From the NCBI GenBank assembly GCA_963979435.1, contig CAXBVE010000004.1, forward strand, positions 1-63,312: a stretch of 63,312 nucleotides of DNA, in the 5' to 3' direction. Every line of letters begins with the position of its first letter. Position 1 is the first letter of the stretch. The stretch comes from an uncultured Candidatus Actinomarinales bacterium (GTDB taxonomy: Bacteria > Actinomycetota > Acidimicrobiia > Actinomarinales > Actinomarinaceae). The notes under the pieces were generated by a model. It saw only the letters and a program-made list of their open reading frames with translations, was not told where the DNA came from and did not search any database. Shown here in pieces: positions 1 to 9,580 of this stretch. The position numbers and the translations under genes are program-made.

Positions 1-662
1 TAGTAGTTAAAAAGCGGTTCTTCTAGATTCCAACCTGGTTTATTGCCCCAAGTATTTAAAAAAGTGACATCCTCTAAGGGATCTCTTTTAGCAACTCCCC
101 ACTTTCCCAGTGGGTAGCCAGCAGTAACAACTGCATTAATTCTCCACCCTTTATCAGTTGGGATATTTAAAGCATCGAAAGTTTTTTCCTGATTAAACAT
201 TCCAAGCACAGTAGTCAGACAAGTTCCGATACCATGTGCTCTTCCAGCTAACATAAGATTCCAAATAGCTGGGTAAATTGATGATCCTGATGGATCATTT
301 CTTGATAAAACTACAAACTGTGCTGGCACTTTGTGAAAATTTTCAGATAACCAAGTAGCAGACTTACTAATTCTCACTACTTGATCAGCTTTAGTTTCAT
401 CTAATACTTTTGATGCACCCATATCTGGATTATTTTCATAATACTCTTTGATATAAAAGTCCCAAGCTTCTCTATAGAGGTCTCCAAGTACATTTTTTAT
501 ATTTGAATCTGTGACTACAATAAATTTCCAACCCTGATTATTAGCTCCACTTGGAGCACGAACAGCTGCATCAACCATTTGTTTTAAAATTTCCTCAGGT
601 ATAGGTTCTTCAGTAACACGCCTCATAGCTCGAGTTGTATACAGTGCTTCAAATACATCCAT
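1..662 (-). CDS. Nitroreductase family protein (runs to window edge; not in ORF track)
   Basis: Manual translation from ATG at 662: MDVFEALYTTRAMRRVTEEPIPEEILKQMVDAAVRAPSGANNQGWKFIVV (R-x-x-R and APSxxNxQxW nitroreductase motifs). Ends ...EPLFNY then a partial TA codon at the edge. Confidence 0.85.
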   Translation of the reverse strand, partial: MDVFEALYTTRAMRRVTEEPIPEEILKQMVDAAVRAPSGANNQGWKFIVVTDSNIKNVLGDLYREAWDFYIKEYYENNPDMGASKVLDETKADQVVRISKSATWLSENFHKVPAQFVVLSRNDPSGSSIYPAIWNLMLAGRAHGIGTCLTTVLGMFNQEKTFDALNIPTDKGWRINAVVTAGYPLGKWGVAKRDPLEDVTFLNTWGNKPGWNLEEPLFNY

Positions 663-668
663 GAAAAG

Positions 669-681
669 ATCTTACTAAGAT
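669..681. promoter_or_regulatory. Palindromic bidirectional -10 element (ATCTTA-C-TAAGAT)
   Basis: TAAGAT reads on both strands, 6 nt before ATG 662(-) and 7 nt before ATG 689(+). Neither gene has a Shine-Dalgarno. Confidence 0.6.
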
Positions 682-688
682 TACATAT

Positions 689-1498
689 ATGGAACAGAAA
701 TTAATAAAAGAAATTACTAATGAAGTTGCTTATATATGGATTAATAGACCAGAAAAAAAGAATGCGATGGATTTTGATGTTTGGTTTGGGATTCCAGACT
801 TAGTAAAAGAAATAAATGAAAAAGAGGAAGCTAAGTGTATTCTTTTGCTGGGCAAAGGAGACTCTTTTTCAGCAGGAATTGACATTGCAACATTCATGGG
901 TGACATGAACTTAAATGAAAACCTCTCATCTACTGCAGACGACAGAAGAAAAACTATGAAATTAATAGATGACATGCAAGGTTCTTTTACAACAATTGCA
1001 AATTCTAAAGTTCCAGTGATTGCCCTTGCACATGGTTTCTGCATAGGAGGGGCAACTAGCATGATATCTGCATGTGACATTCGTTTATCGACAAAAGATA
1101 CAAAATTTTCTATCGGAGAAACAAAACTAGGATTAGTTGCCGATGTAGGAGCTTTACAGAGAATGCCTAGCATTATTTCAAAAGGAGACTTAAGAGAACT
1201 TGCATTTACAGGTCGACATTTTGATGGTCAGCACGCAGACAAAATACGTTTTGTCAATGCTATTTATGATAGCGTTGAAGAACTTCATGAAGCAGGTATT
1301 AAGTTAGCTGAAGAGATTGCATCAAATTCAAGACATATTGTTGGAGGCACAAAAAATGTACTTGATAAAGGAGAAGACCTAACTACGGATCAAGCGCTTG
1401 ATTATGTTAGGTTGTGGAATACTTCCTATTTAATATCTGATGACTTAAAAGAAGGAGTGACTGCATTTTTTGAAAAAAGAGATCCAGACTTTAAGTAA
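689..1498 (+). CDS. Enoyl-CoA hydratase/isomerase (crotonase; dienoyl-CoA isomerase-like)
   Basis: NRPEKKNAM, FSAGID, HGFCIGG, ACDIR, ETKLGLVADVG, C-terminal EGVTAFFEKRDPDF. Confidence 0.9.
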   Translation: MEQKLIKEITNEVAYIWINRPEKKNAMDFDVWFGIPDLVKEINEKEEAKCILLLGKGDSFSAGIDIATFMGDMNLNENLSSTADDRRKTMKLIDDMQGSFTTIANSKVPVIALAHGFCIGGATSMISACDIRLSTKDTKFSIGETKLGLVADVGALQRMPSIISKGDLRELAFTGRHFDGQHADKIRFVNAIYDSVEELHEAGIKLAEEIASNSRHIVGGTKNVLDKGEDLTTDQALDYVRLWNTSYLISDDLKEGVTAFFEKRDPDFK

Positions 1499-2471
1499 TT
1501 TTTTCGTAAGCAGACAAAGCAAACCTGTCTGTCATTCCGGCAACGTAGTCAATAGCATTTTCAATATCTGATTGATCCTGTCTATAGGATTCTGGTAGTT
1601 CATCTAAATTTTTTACAAAATATTCAACTAGCTTTATAACAATATTTTTACACTCAGCTCTTTGTACTTCAGTACCCTTTCTTAGGTAGACTTTTTCAAA
1701 CATAAAATTTCTGAGATCTTGCATAGTTTTTGCCACCTCGGGATCCATTTCAACCTTGCCACTAGATGAAGCTTTAAAAATGCCAGAGATTAGGCTATTA
1801 ATCCAATTTTTTCCTGGAGGTCCCAGGTCTTTAATGAAAGAGGTAGGAATATCTTTTTGATTCAAAACACCCGCCCTAATTGCATCTTCTACATCATGGG
1901 TTAGATAAGCTATTCGGTCAGCAAATCTGCAGATCATACCCTCTTGGGTGCTTGGTTCATCAGCATACTTCCATGGATGTATACGAATACCATCGAGAGT
2001 TTCAAACGAGAGATTGAGATTTTCTATACGATCCAGAACTTTGACAGAGTTTTCTGAGTGACTCCAACCACTTGGATGAAGTTCATCTAAGGCATCTTCG
2101 CCAGTATGACCAAAAGGAGAATGGCCCACATCATGACCCATACAAATTGCTTCAGTAAGGTCTGGATTTAGCCCCATCGTCTTTGCAATAGACCTTCCAA
2201 CTTGCGTGACCTGTAAAGTGTGAGTCATCCTTGTGATGAAGTGATCACCATCCGGATTGATAAATACTTGGGTTTTATGTTTTAACCTTCTAAAGGCTTT
2301 TGAATGGATAATGCGATCACGGTCTCTTTCATAAACGGTACGAAACATGTCTTGAGCTTCTGGGTTAGTTCTGCCTTTAGATTTTTCCGATAGGGCTGCA
2401 TAGCTCGACAGAGTAATTCTTTCATTCGCTTCTCTCCACAAGCGATCTCTCAGAATAAATGAATCATTCAT
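1491..2471 (-). CDS. dgt: dGTP triphosphohydrolase-like HD-domain protein
   Basis: RDRDRIIHSKAFRRLKHKTQVF, TRMTHTLQV, GHDVGHSPFGHTGE, DRIAYLTHD, DYVAGMTDRFA. Confidence 0.9.
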   Translation of the reverse strand: MNDSFILRDRLWREANERITLSSYAALSEKSKGRTNPEAQDMFRTVYERDRDRIIHSKAFRRLKHKTQVFINPDGDHFITRMTHTLQVTQVGRSIAKTMGLNPDLTEAICMGHDVGHSPFGHTGEDALDELHPSGWSHSENSVKVLDRIENLNLSFETLDGIRIHPWKYADEPSTQEGMICRFADRIAYLTHDVEDAIRAGVLNQKDIPTSFIKDLGPPGKNWINSLISGIFKASSSGKVEMDPEVAKTMQDLRNFMFEKVYLRKGTEVQRAECKNIVIKLVEYFVKNLDELPESYRQDQSDIENAIDYVAGMTDRFALSAYEKIT

Positions 2472-2487
2472 ATTTTTAGATTAAACA

Positions 2488-3033
2488 CTAAAAAGAGTTT
2501 AACAAAGGAATTAAATCAGACCATTCTTTAATGCTGTAAGTTCCTTCAGAATGAGAATTATATGGCCTCTCAAATCTTATAATTTTCTTCTCTGGCACTT
2601 TTTTAAGAAAATTTTCTAATTGATATGGAGCATCATCAAGATATGCATCACAATCTATTGTCCATTTATCTTCAATAAAATGAACTTCCTTTGTTGGAAT
2701 TCTATTCTCACCAAGCCACATGAGAGTGTCATGAATAGACCACCATGGTTTAGATGAAATGATGACTATTTCGTGACCCATCTTTGAGAGCTCTACTAGA
2801 GTCTCCTGTGAATTTTCATACAATTCTAAATGCCTAAATATCGATGAGCCATTTATATCCATAGCCCAATTCCAAAAATCTAAGTCTTTTTCAAAGTGAG
2901 TAAGAGGTTTAGAGAGACCCCAATCAGTTATTTCTTCCTCTGAAATCTCTTTTCCAAAGTCTAAAGCATACTGAGTAGTCCAGCCTTTTGTAAAATCTGC
3001 GACTACGCCATCCAAATCTACACCAATTCTCAT
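2488..3033 (-). CDS. 5'(3')-deoxyribonucleotidase (NT5C-like HAD)
   Basis: IGVDLDGVVADF HAD motif I and YLDDAP motif. Start placed at MRIGVD (3033), which has TAAACT 7 nt upstream; the track starts at 3084. Confidence 0.8.
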   Translation of the reverse strand: MRIGVDLDGVVADFTKGWTTQYALDFGKEISEEEITDWGLSKPLTHFEKDLDFWNWAMDINGSSIFRHLELYENSQETLVELSKMGHEIVIISSKPWWSIHDTLMWLGENRIPTKEVHFIEDKWTIDCDAYLDDAPYQLENFLKKVPEKKIIRFERPYNSHSEGTYSIKEWSDLIPLLNSF

Positions 3034-3092
3034 TTGACTAAGTTTAATTCTTTGGTGCATTATAGAAGAGAAATCTATTACCATTTAATAAT

Positions 3093-4628
3093 ATGCAACA
3101 AGCACTGTACAGAAAATATAGACCAGAGAAACTTAGCCAACTAGTAGGTCAAGAAGAAGCTGTCTCTTTAATAACTCAACAAATTAAAAAAGATAATTTA
3201 GGGCATGCCTATTTGTTTTCAGGTCCCCGCGGTGTTGGTAAGACATCTTTAGCAAGAATTATTGCAACTCAACTTGGATGCGATCCAATTTTCGACATTA
3301 CTGAAATTGATGCGGCTTCAAACAATAAAGTTGATGATATAAGAGACATGAATGAGAGTGTGAACTTTATTGCTAGTAGTCCTGGACAAAAAAGAGTGTA
3401 TATTCTAGATGAGGTGCATATGCTTTCAAATGCAGCATCCAACGCTTTTCTCAAAACATTAGAAGAGCCCCCAGAACATATTATCTTTATTCTGGCTACG
3501 ACAGAACCTGAAAGGGTACTGGAAACTGTGAAGAGCAGAACGACACATATTGTATTTAAGAAAATATCGGAAGAAGATATTGTTAAAACGATTCAGGAGA
3601 TCGGGAAAAAAGAAAAGATGATACTTGAGTTAGATGTGTTAAAAATCATCGCTACATTTTCTGATGGATCATTAAGAGATGGAATAAATCTTTTCGAGCA
3701 AACTTATAACACTTTTGGAAAAAAAACAACTGTTGACGATTTATATGGAATACTTGGAAAACTCAGCACAAAAGAATTCGAAACAATCATCAACTCAATT
3801 GAAACTCAGGACACAGCCGCAGTTCTTGCAGTGATAAGGGATGCTTATAAAAAAGGACTTCAGCCAAGCGATGTAATGGAGTCCATTTCAGAATTCTTCA
3901 GAAATATGTTTTACCTAAAATATCTTCCCAATGATGAAAAATTAGATAGCCTAACTCCAAATATAAAAAATTTATTGGAAACCGCTGATAAGAAAGTAAA
4001 TGCAAAACAATTAATCAGAATTCTTGACTTAATTGACGACCTAAATCAAAATCTTTCTAACAGCACATCACAACATCTCAAACTTGAGTTATTTTTAATG
4101 AAAGTTATTAAGCCTGAACTAGGATCAGATGTAAAAACTATCGGGTACAGAATAGACCTCCTCGAAGGAAAGCTTTCAAAAAATGAAGTTATGCCAACAA
4201 AAATGAATTCTCCTCAAGTAGAAAAAAAAGATACTCTATCTGAAACTAGTATTCCAAAAAATATCAGTAAAAAAAATTCGACACCTAAAAAAGAATCACT
4301 TGGAAATTTTGATGTTTTCTGGCCAAAAATTCTTGAAGAAATGAAACAAGAGTTAACTCCAAGAAAGTATTCCTACTTAACAGCAGTTAGAGCAGATGTT
4401 GAAGAAGAGGATGTTATTAATTTAATTGTTGATAAAGAAAATGAATTTTTGTTTGAAGAATTAAAGAAATCTGACGAAATTATTGATTTACTTAAATCTA
4501 TAATTGCCAAAATGATGGGTTTAGAGATTATAGTTAAAGTTACTCTCAGCTTGGACACAAAGAAAAACATTCAGGAAAAAGGTTTAAGCGTTGCACAGGA
4601 AATTTTTGATGTAGAGGATCTAACTTAA
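3093..4628 (+). CDS. dnaX: DNA polymerase III subunit gamma/tau
   Basis: ALYRKYRP, GPRGVGKTS Walker A, EIDAAS, LDEVHML, NAFLKTLEEPP, GSLRD. Confidence 0.95.
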   Translation: MQQALYRKYRPEKLSQLVGQEEAVSLITQQIKKDNLGHAYLFSGPRGVGKTSLARIIATQLGCDPIFDITEIDAASNNKVDDIRDMNESVNFIASSPGQKRVYILDEVHMLSNAASNAFLKTLEEPPEHIIFILATTEPERVLETVKSRTTHIVFKKISEEDIVKTIQEIGKKEKMILELDVLKIIATFSDGSLRDGINLFEQTYNTFGKKTTVDDLYGILGKLSTKEFETIINSIETQDTAAVLAVIRDAYKKGLQPSDVMESISEFFRNMFYLKYLPNDEKLDSLTPNIKNLLETADKKVNAKQLIRILDLIDDLNQNLSNSTSQHLKLELFLMKVIKPELGSDVKTIGYRIDLLEGKLSKNEVMPTKMNSPQVEKKDTLSETSIPKNISKKNSTPKKESLGNFDVFWPKILEEMKQELTPRKYSYLTAVRADVEEEDVINLIVDKENEFLFEELKKSDEIIDLLKSIIAKMMGLEIIVKVTLSLDTKKNIQEKGLSVAQEIFDVEDLT

Positions 4629-4966
4629 GTTTCTTTAAGATTCAATTCACTAAGTGCTACTGTAATTCTTCTTGAGCCCTGGTTTTGAGCACTTTTACAC
4701 AATTCTATAAAGCTTCTTAATTCACCGGTTCTAAATTTTTTAAGATCATCACCCGTTGAAATTGAACCACTTCTTTCTCTTTCAAGAAGTTTTATCTCTA
4801 TTTCTTTAGCTCTTGCTAAGTACGTACTACTAACTTCAAATAATGTGTCTATGCCATCTGAAATTGGTGGATTGATATGGCCCATTAGCACATCAATATA
4901 TTCGTTAATTTCTTCGTGTAGAGATTCAACACTTGATAAACCTTTTTTCAGTGGAAATTTTTGCAT
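4625..4966 (-). CDS. Hypothetical 113-aa protein
   Basis: Start overlaps the murJ stop (TAATG), stop overlaps the dnaX end; no family recognised. Confidence 0.7.
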   Translation of the reverse strand: MQKFPLKKGLSSVESLHEEINEYIDVLMGHINPPISDGIDTLFEVSSTYLARAKEIEIKLLERERSGSISTGDDLKKFRTGELRSFIELCKSAQNQGSRRITVALSELNLKET

Positions 4967-6462
4967 TAACGAGTCCTTTTCAGATTAATATATTTCATTT
5001 TAACGACAAGGAGAGACATCAATATAAGTAAAAAGATAAAAAATGTATCAAATATAAGCTCAAAAAATGGTCCACCAGAGTACAACCCAAAATTGATAAT
5101 TAAAAAATATCCCATTAAACCCACTAAAAATATTTTTAAGAAGTCCAATAATAGATTTCTATCAATAAGTCGATCATTTTTAATTTTAAGGAAAAAAGAT
5201 AAGATTAAAGTATTTACCCAAAGTGATGAAATAATGATTACTGCATAACTTTCCCCTGATGGATTGCTAAGTATTTTTAAAATAAGAATTGTAACAAGGG
5301 TAATAATTGTTCCAACCCAAACAGGGAACCAGTAATTTTTTTGCACATAGTAAGCTCTAGTGATAATTTGATTTAGAGACCATGGGATTAGTCCAAAGGC
5401 AACAAGCGTAAAAATTGATGATACTCTATTTGTATCTTCAGCAGAAAATAATCCGCGCTGATAAATAATCTCGATAATGTTTTCTGAGTTTGTTAAAAAA
5501 ATGATTAAAACAGCGGTATTAATTAGAGCTAAAGCTGATAACTGTTTCTTTATTAGCAACTTGAACTCATCTAATTTATTATCTACAAATAATTTTGATA
5601 AAGTAGGATAGCTAGCCACTCCAACAGCCTGTGCAATTACGCCTACAGGAATTAATGCCACTCTTCTTGCGTATCTAAAAGATGCTATTGATCCCGTTGA
5701 CAAGAGTGATCCAAAATATCTGAATAACTGTTCATCTACTACCGCAATGGACTGCCCAATGATTAATGGAAAAGAAATCTTTATGTACTGTGTAACATGT
5801 TCAATTTTTGGCCTTAAGGCTTTGAAGATAAGACCATTATTTTTTGCGCCCAATACTTGAAGAAAAAGATGTCCAATGATTGAACCAACTAGGCCTCCAA
5901 TAGCAAATCCATAAACTGTTGATTCAGGGGAGGTCGAGTAAAACCAACCAAACAAAATGATTGAAAGGTTATAAATAACTGGGGCTAGTGCTGCATACTT
6001 AAAATCATTTTTAAAATATTGGAATGACATTAAAATTGCACCAATAAAGAAAAAAGCCTGGCTAAAAACTATAGGTGTAAATAGTTTTATAAATAAATCT
6101 GGATTCTCAACATTCAATAAGCTTACAATTTGATATCTAAATAAGAAGAAAAGAAAAGAAATCGCAATAAATATCAATGATAATCCATAAAGAAGTGAGA
6201 CAAAGTAATCGTTAAGCTCAGATTCTTTATTTTTTGAGAGGTCACTGAGAATAGGTATTAAGGTAATGGCAAGATACCCACCTGCTGATAAATAAAATAA
6301 GAAATCAGGAATTATAAAAGCTAAATCTAAAGTATCTGAAGCACTAGTAACACCCGTCCACTGAGCAAGAAGAATTTCTCTAAAGAAACCTAGAATACGA
6401 CTCATTAAATAAGAAACTGTTATTAATGAAATTGAACCAAGGAGTTTTTTAGAGTTGTCCAT
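4966..6462 (-). CDS. murJ: Lipid II flippase MurJ
   Basis: SRILGFFRE, AFIIPD, YARRVALIPVGVIAQAV, QRGLF, multiple TM segments. Confidence 0.9.
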   Translation of the reverse strand: MDNSKKLLGSISLITVSYLMSRILGFFREILLAQWTGVTSASDTLDLAFIIPDFLFYLSAGGYLAITLIPILSDLSKNKESELNDYFVSLLYGLSLIFIAISFLFFLFRYQIVSLLNVENPDLFIKLFTPIVFSQAFFFIGAILMSFQYFKNDFKYAALAPVIYNLSIILFGWFYSTSPESTVYGFAIGGLVGSIIGHLFLQVLGAKNNGLIFKALRPKIEHVTQYIKISFPLIIGQSIAVVDEQLFRYFGSLLSTGSIASFRYARRVALIPVGVIAQAVGVASYPTLSKLFVDNKLDEFKLLIKKQLSALALINTAVLIIFLTNSENIIEIIYQRGLFSAEDTNRVSSIFTLVAFGLIPWSLNQIITRAYYVQKNYWFPVWVGTIITLVTILILKILSNPSGESYAVIIISSLWVNTLILSFFLKIKNDRLIDRNLLLDFLKIFLVGLMGYFLIINFGLYSGGPFFELIFDTFFIFLLILMSLLVVKMKYINLKRTR

Positions 6463-7327
6463 GTTTTTCCTTCATGTCATTTAAAAATTCATAAGGGACT
6501 TTAATTGGAGTGTTTTCATATCCATATCCCAAATTAATATTTGGTTTTATATCACCATGATAATCTGAGCCACCACATTCAAGTAGATTTAGTTTTTTTG
6601 CAACTTCAGAAATTTGATTGGTAACATTTTTGCTATAACTAGAGTAGGTCGCTTCTAAACCATTAATTCCAAACTCAGACAACTCTTTAACAAGTTCAAA
6701 AAAAGAGTCATTTATCCAGTTTTCTTTTTTTGAATACTTATCATTGCTCATCAATGTATGTGGATGAGCTAAAAACACTAAACATTTTGATTCCTGAGCA
6801 AGGTTAATTATTTTTTCAATATTAGGTTGATGAGATCGTGAATCTCCAATTTTTCCATTACCTAGATATTTTATAAAGGCCTCATTTATTGAACTAACAT
6901 GCCCTTTATCTTTTAGGATACTTGCGATATGAGGTCGTCCCGGAACTTGTGTTTTAAAGTTACTCAATTCAGATTTATTAATATCAAGACCTTCATTTTG
7001 TAAGTTCTCAATAATTTCATAGTTTCTAATATTTTTTAATATTCTTATTTCTTCCAAAAAACTATTTACCGGTGATTTCTCTTCAACAAAATATAAAAGT
7101 AAATGTATTCCAGCATAGGGATTAGATTTTTCTAACTTTTCCCAAGAAACGCTGACCTCGACTCCTTTAATGATTTCTATATTTTCACTTGTAGGCACAT
7201 TAGTAAGGTATTCATGATCTGTTATAGAGATAGCCTCAAGCTGTATCTCGATAGCTTTTTCGATGATACTTTCTGGACTATCTGTTCCATCAGAGTTCTC
7301 TGAATGTAAATGTAAGTCAATACTCAT
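6449..7327 (-). CDS. PHP-domain metal-dependent phosphoesterase (TrpH/RNase AM-like)
   Basis: DLHLHSENSDG, ITDHE, GRPHIA, LAHP, GGSDYHG. Confidence 0.88.
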   Translation of the reverse strand: MSIDLHLHSENSDGTDSPESIIEKAIEIQLEAISITDHEYLTNVPTSENIEIIKGVEVSVSWEKLEKSNPYAGIHLLLYFVEEKSPVNSFLEEIRILKNIRNYEIIENLQNEGLDINKSELSNFKTQVPGRPHIASILKDKGHVSSINEAFIKYLGNGKIGDSRSHQPNIEKIINLAQESKCLVFLAHPHTLMSNDKYSKKENWINDSFFELVKELSEFGINGLEATYSSYSKNVTNQISEVAKKLNLLECGGSDYHGDIKPNINLGYGYENTPIKVPYEFLNDMKEKHGQL

Positions 7328-7384
7328 TACAAACTAGAGTACTAGGTCTGTTATATCTTCAAATAGTTCATTAGAATGTTTCCA

Positions 7385-8593
7385 ATGAGTTTAATAGTTC
7401 AAAAGTATGGTGGAACAAGTGTAGCGAACCCCGATTCGCTTAAAATAGTTGCAGAAAAAATAATTAGTGCGAAAAAAGAGGGTAAACAAGTTGTAGTAGT
7501 AGTTTCTGCAATGGGTTCTAGTACAGATGAATTAATAGCCCTAGCTAATGAACTTTCGGAGACCCCTTCACCTCGTGAGATGGATATGCTACTTTCTGCT
7601 GGCGAAAGAATAACAATGTCACTACTCGCAATGCATTTAAATAGTCTTGGTTATGATTCCTACTCACTAACGGGTTCTCAAGCTGGAATTATCACAACTT
7701 CACGACACGGAAGAGCTGAAATCGAAAAAATTTCAGGTGAAAGAGTAAAAGAGGGTCTAGAGAAAGGAAGTATTGTTATCGTTGCTGGATTTCAGGGATT
7801 TAATCCAGACACTAGAGAGATAACAACCTTAGGTAGAGGAGGTTCTGATGCAACCGCAGTTGCTTTAGCAGCTTCCTTAGGAGCTGAAAAATGTGAGATA
7901 TATACAGATGTTGAGGGAGTATTTTCTGCAGATCCAAGAATTACTGATAAAGCAAAGCTATTAAAAGAAATAACTTATGATGAAATGCTTGAGATGGCCT
8001 CAACGGGTGCAAGAGTCTTAATGGCAAGGTCAGTTGAATTCGGCAGAAGGTATAATGTACCTATAATCGTGAGACCAACTTTTAGCGATGGTATGGGAAC
8101 AACAGTTAAGGAACAGGTAATGGAACAGGCAATTGTTAGTGGAGTAACCCACAACGACAAGGAAATAAAATTTACACTATTTGGTGTTCCAGATCAACCA
8201 GGTATTGCAGGAAGTGTTTTTGGTTACCTTTCTGATAAAGGTGTAAATGTCGACATGATTGTTCAAAACGTTTCTAAAGATTCAAAAACCGATATCAGCT
8301 TTACTGCCCCGGAGGAACAAAAAGACGAGGTTATGGACATACTTCTACATCTCAGTGAAGACCTAAAGGCTGAAGGTTCTGATAAAGATGAAAATATAGC
8401 AAGAGTTTCAATTATTGGTGCTGGTATGAAATCTGAATCTGGTGTGGCATCAAAAATGTTTAAGACACTAGGATCTAATGAAATAAATATAGGAATGATT
8501 TCGACTTCCCCAATAAGAATATCATGTGTAATTTCAAAAAATGATATGCAAAAAGCTATTGAAGTTCTACATGATGAATTTATCATAGATTAA
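7385..8593 (+). CDS. lysC: Aspartate kinase (alpha subunit)
   Basis: MSLIVQKYGGTSV, TTLGRGGSD, YTDVEGVFSADPR, two ACT domains. Start placed at 7385; the track starts at 7376. Confidence 0.95.
   Translation: MSLIVQKYGGTSVANPDSLKIVAEKIISAKKEGKQVVVVVSAMGSSTDELIALANELSETPSPREMDMLLSAGERITMSLLAMHLNSLGYDSYSLTGSQAGIITTSRHGRAEIEKISGERVKEGLEKGSIVIVAGFQGFNPDTREITTLGRGGSDATAVALAASLGAEKCEIYTDVEGVFSADPRITDKAKLLKEITYDEMLEMASTGARVLMARSVEFGRRYNVPIIVRPTFSDGMGTTVKEQVMEQAIVSGVTHNDKEIKFTLFGVPDQPGIAGSVFGYLSDKGVNVDMIVQNVSKDSKTDISFTAPEEQKDEVMDILLHLSEDLKAEGSDKDENIARVSIIGAGMKSESGVASKMFKTLGSNEINIGMISTSPIRISCVISKNDMQKAIEVLHDEFIID
8120..8593 (+). CDS. Probable aspartate kinase beta subunit from internal in-frame start
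   Basis: AAGGA at 8108-8112 before in-frame ATG 8120 (MEQAIVSGV), the position of the beta-subunit start in actinobacterial alpha2beta2 aspartokinases. Confidence 0.65.
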   Translation: MEQAIVSGVTHNDKEIKFTLFGVPDQPGIAGSVFGYLSDKGVNVDMIVQNVSKDSKTDISFTAPEEQKDEVMDILLHLSEDLKAEGSDKDENIARVSIIGAGMKSESGVASKMFKTLGSNEINIGMISTSPIRISCVISKNDMQKAIEVLHDEFIID

Positions 8594-9580
8594 ATGAAAA
8601 TAGCAATTGTAGGTGCGACTGGATTAGTCGGTAGAAATATTATTAAACAGTGTGAAAGACTTCTTCCTCAAGATATAGAGTTCCACTTATTTGCATCAAG
8701 TAAATCTGCAGGAGAAAAACTTACAGTTAACAATGAAGATTTAGTAATCAAAGAATTAAATTCTGAGAATATTGAAAAATATGACATTGCTTTATTTTCT
8801 GCTGGTGGGGAAAGGTCTAAAACTTTTGCCGAAAACTTTACATCCCAAGGAAGTTATGTAATTGATAATTCTTCTGCATTTCGGCTACACGAAGAAGTAC
8901 CACTTGTCGTTTATGGAATAAATCAAAATGAAATTACGTCAACTACCAAGTTAATTGCGAACCCAAACTGTACAACAATGGGGCTAGTAATGGCTTTAAA
9001 ACCCCTACATGATAAGTTTAGTTTGGTCAGCATGACGCCCGTTGCCTATCAAGCTGTATCTGGTTCTGGTTCTGAAGCTGTTGGTTCTTTAAGAAAAGAG
9101 GAATCTTTAGATGATAAATCTTTAGCAGAGTATAAAGATGGATATTATACAAGGCCAATAGCAAGAAACGTTATTCCTCTGGCTGGGAACCTATTAGACA
9201 ATGGATATTCTGATGAAGAGATGAAATTTGTTCATGAGTCAAAAAAAATATTAGGTATACCAGAACTAGTTGTTGAGCCATCAAATGCACGAGTAGGTGT
9301 TCTAACTGGTCATGGAGTCTTTTGTTCAGCAGTCTTTGAAAATGAAATTAACACAGATGAAGCAATACAAGAATTGAATAATTTTGAAGGAGTACAGTAT
9401 TGGTCGGAAACACTCGCAACACCTTTAGATGCTGAAAACAAGTATGATGTTCTAGTGTCAAGATTAAGAATGGGATTGTCTAGTTCAAAGATTATTAATT
9501 TTTGGTGTGTTTCGGATAATTTGTTAAAAGGTGCAGCACTAAATGCTGTTCAAATAGCTAAGCATCTGGTTCAGAAATGA
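8594..9580 (+). CDS. asd: Aspartate-semialdehyde dehydrogenase
   Basis: IAIVGATGLVG, IDNSSAFR, IANPNCTT, YQAVSGSG, DNLLKGAALNAVQIA. Confidence 0.95.
   Translation: MKIAIVGATGLVGRNIIKQCERLLPQDIEFHLFASSKSAGEKLTVNNEDLVIKELNSENIEKYDIALFSAGGERSKTFAENFTSQGSYVIDNSSAFRLHEEVPLVVYGINQNEITSTTKLIANPNCTTMGLVMALKPLHDKFSLVSMTPVAYQAVSGSGSEAVGSLRKEESLDDKSLAEYKDGYYTRPIARNVIPLAGNLLDNGYSDEEMKFVHESKKILGIPELVVEPSNARVGVLTGHGVFCSAVFENEINTDEAIQELNNFEGVQYWSETLATPLDAENKYDVLVSRLRMGLSSSKIINFWCVSDNLLKGAALNAVQIAKHLVQK

Noticed and set aside
1491-3033. dGTPase plus nucleotidase (and dcd at 10930) as nucleotide-depletion anti-phage defence
   Set aside because: These look like the ordinary housekeeping forms (short Dgt; dUTPase-fold Dcd) among core genes, with no defence-island context
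4221-4245. A8 run in dnaX as a programmed -1 frameshift producing gamma
   Set aside because: The position is plausible and a -1 stop follows, but A8 runs are common here (also ~3719 and ~4269 in the same gene) and I saw no stimulatory hairpin or SD
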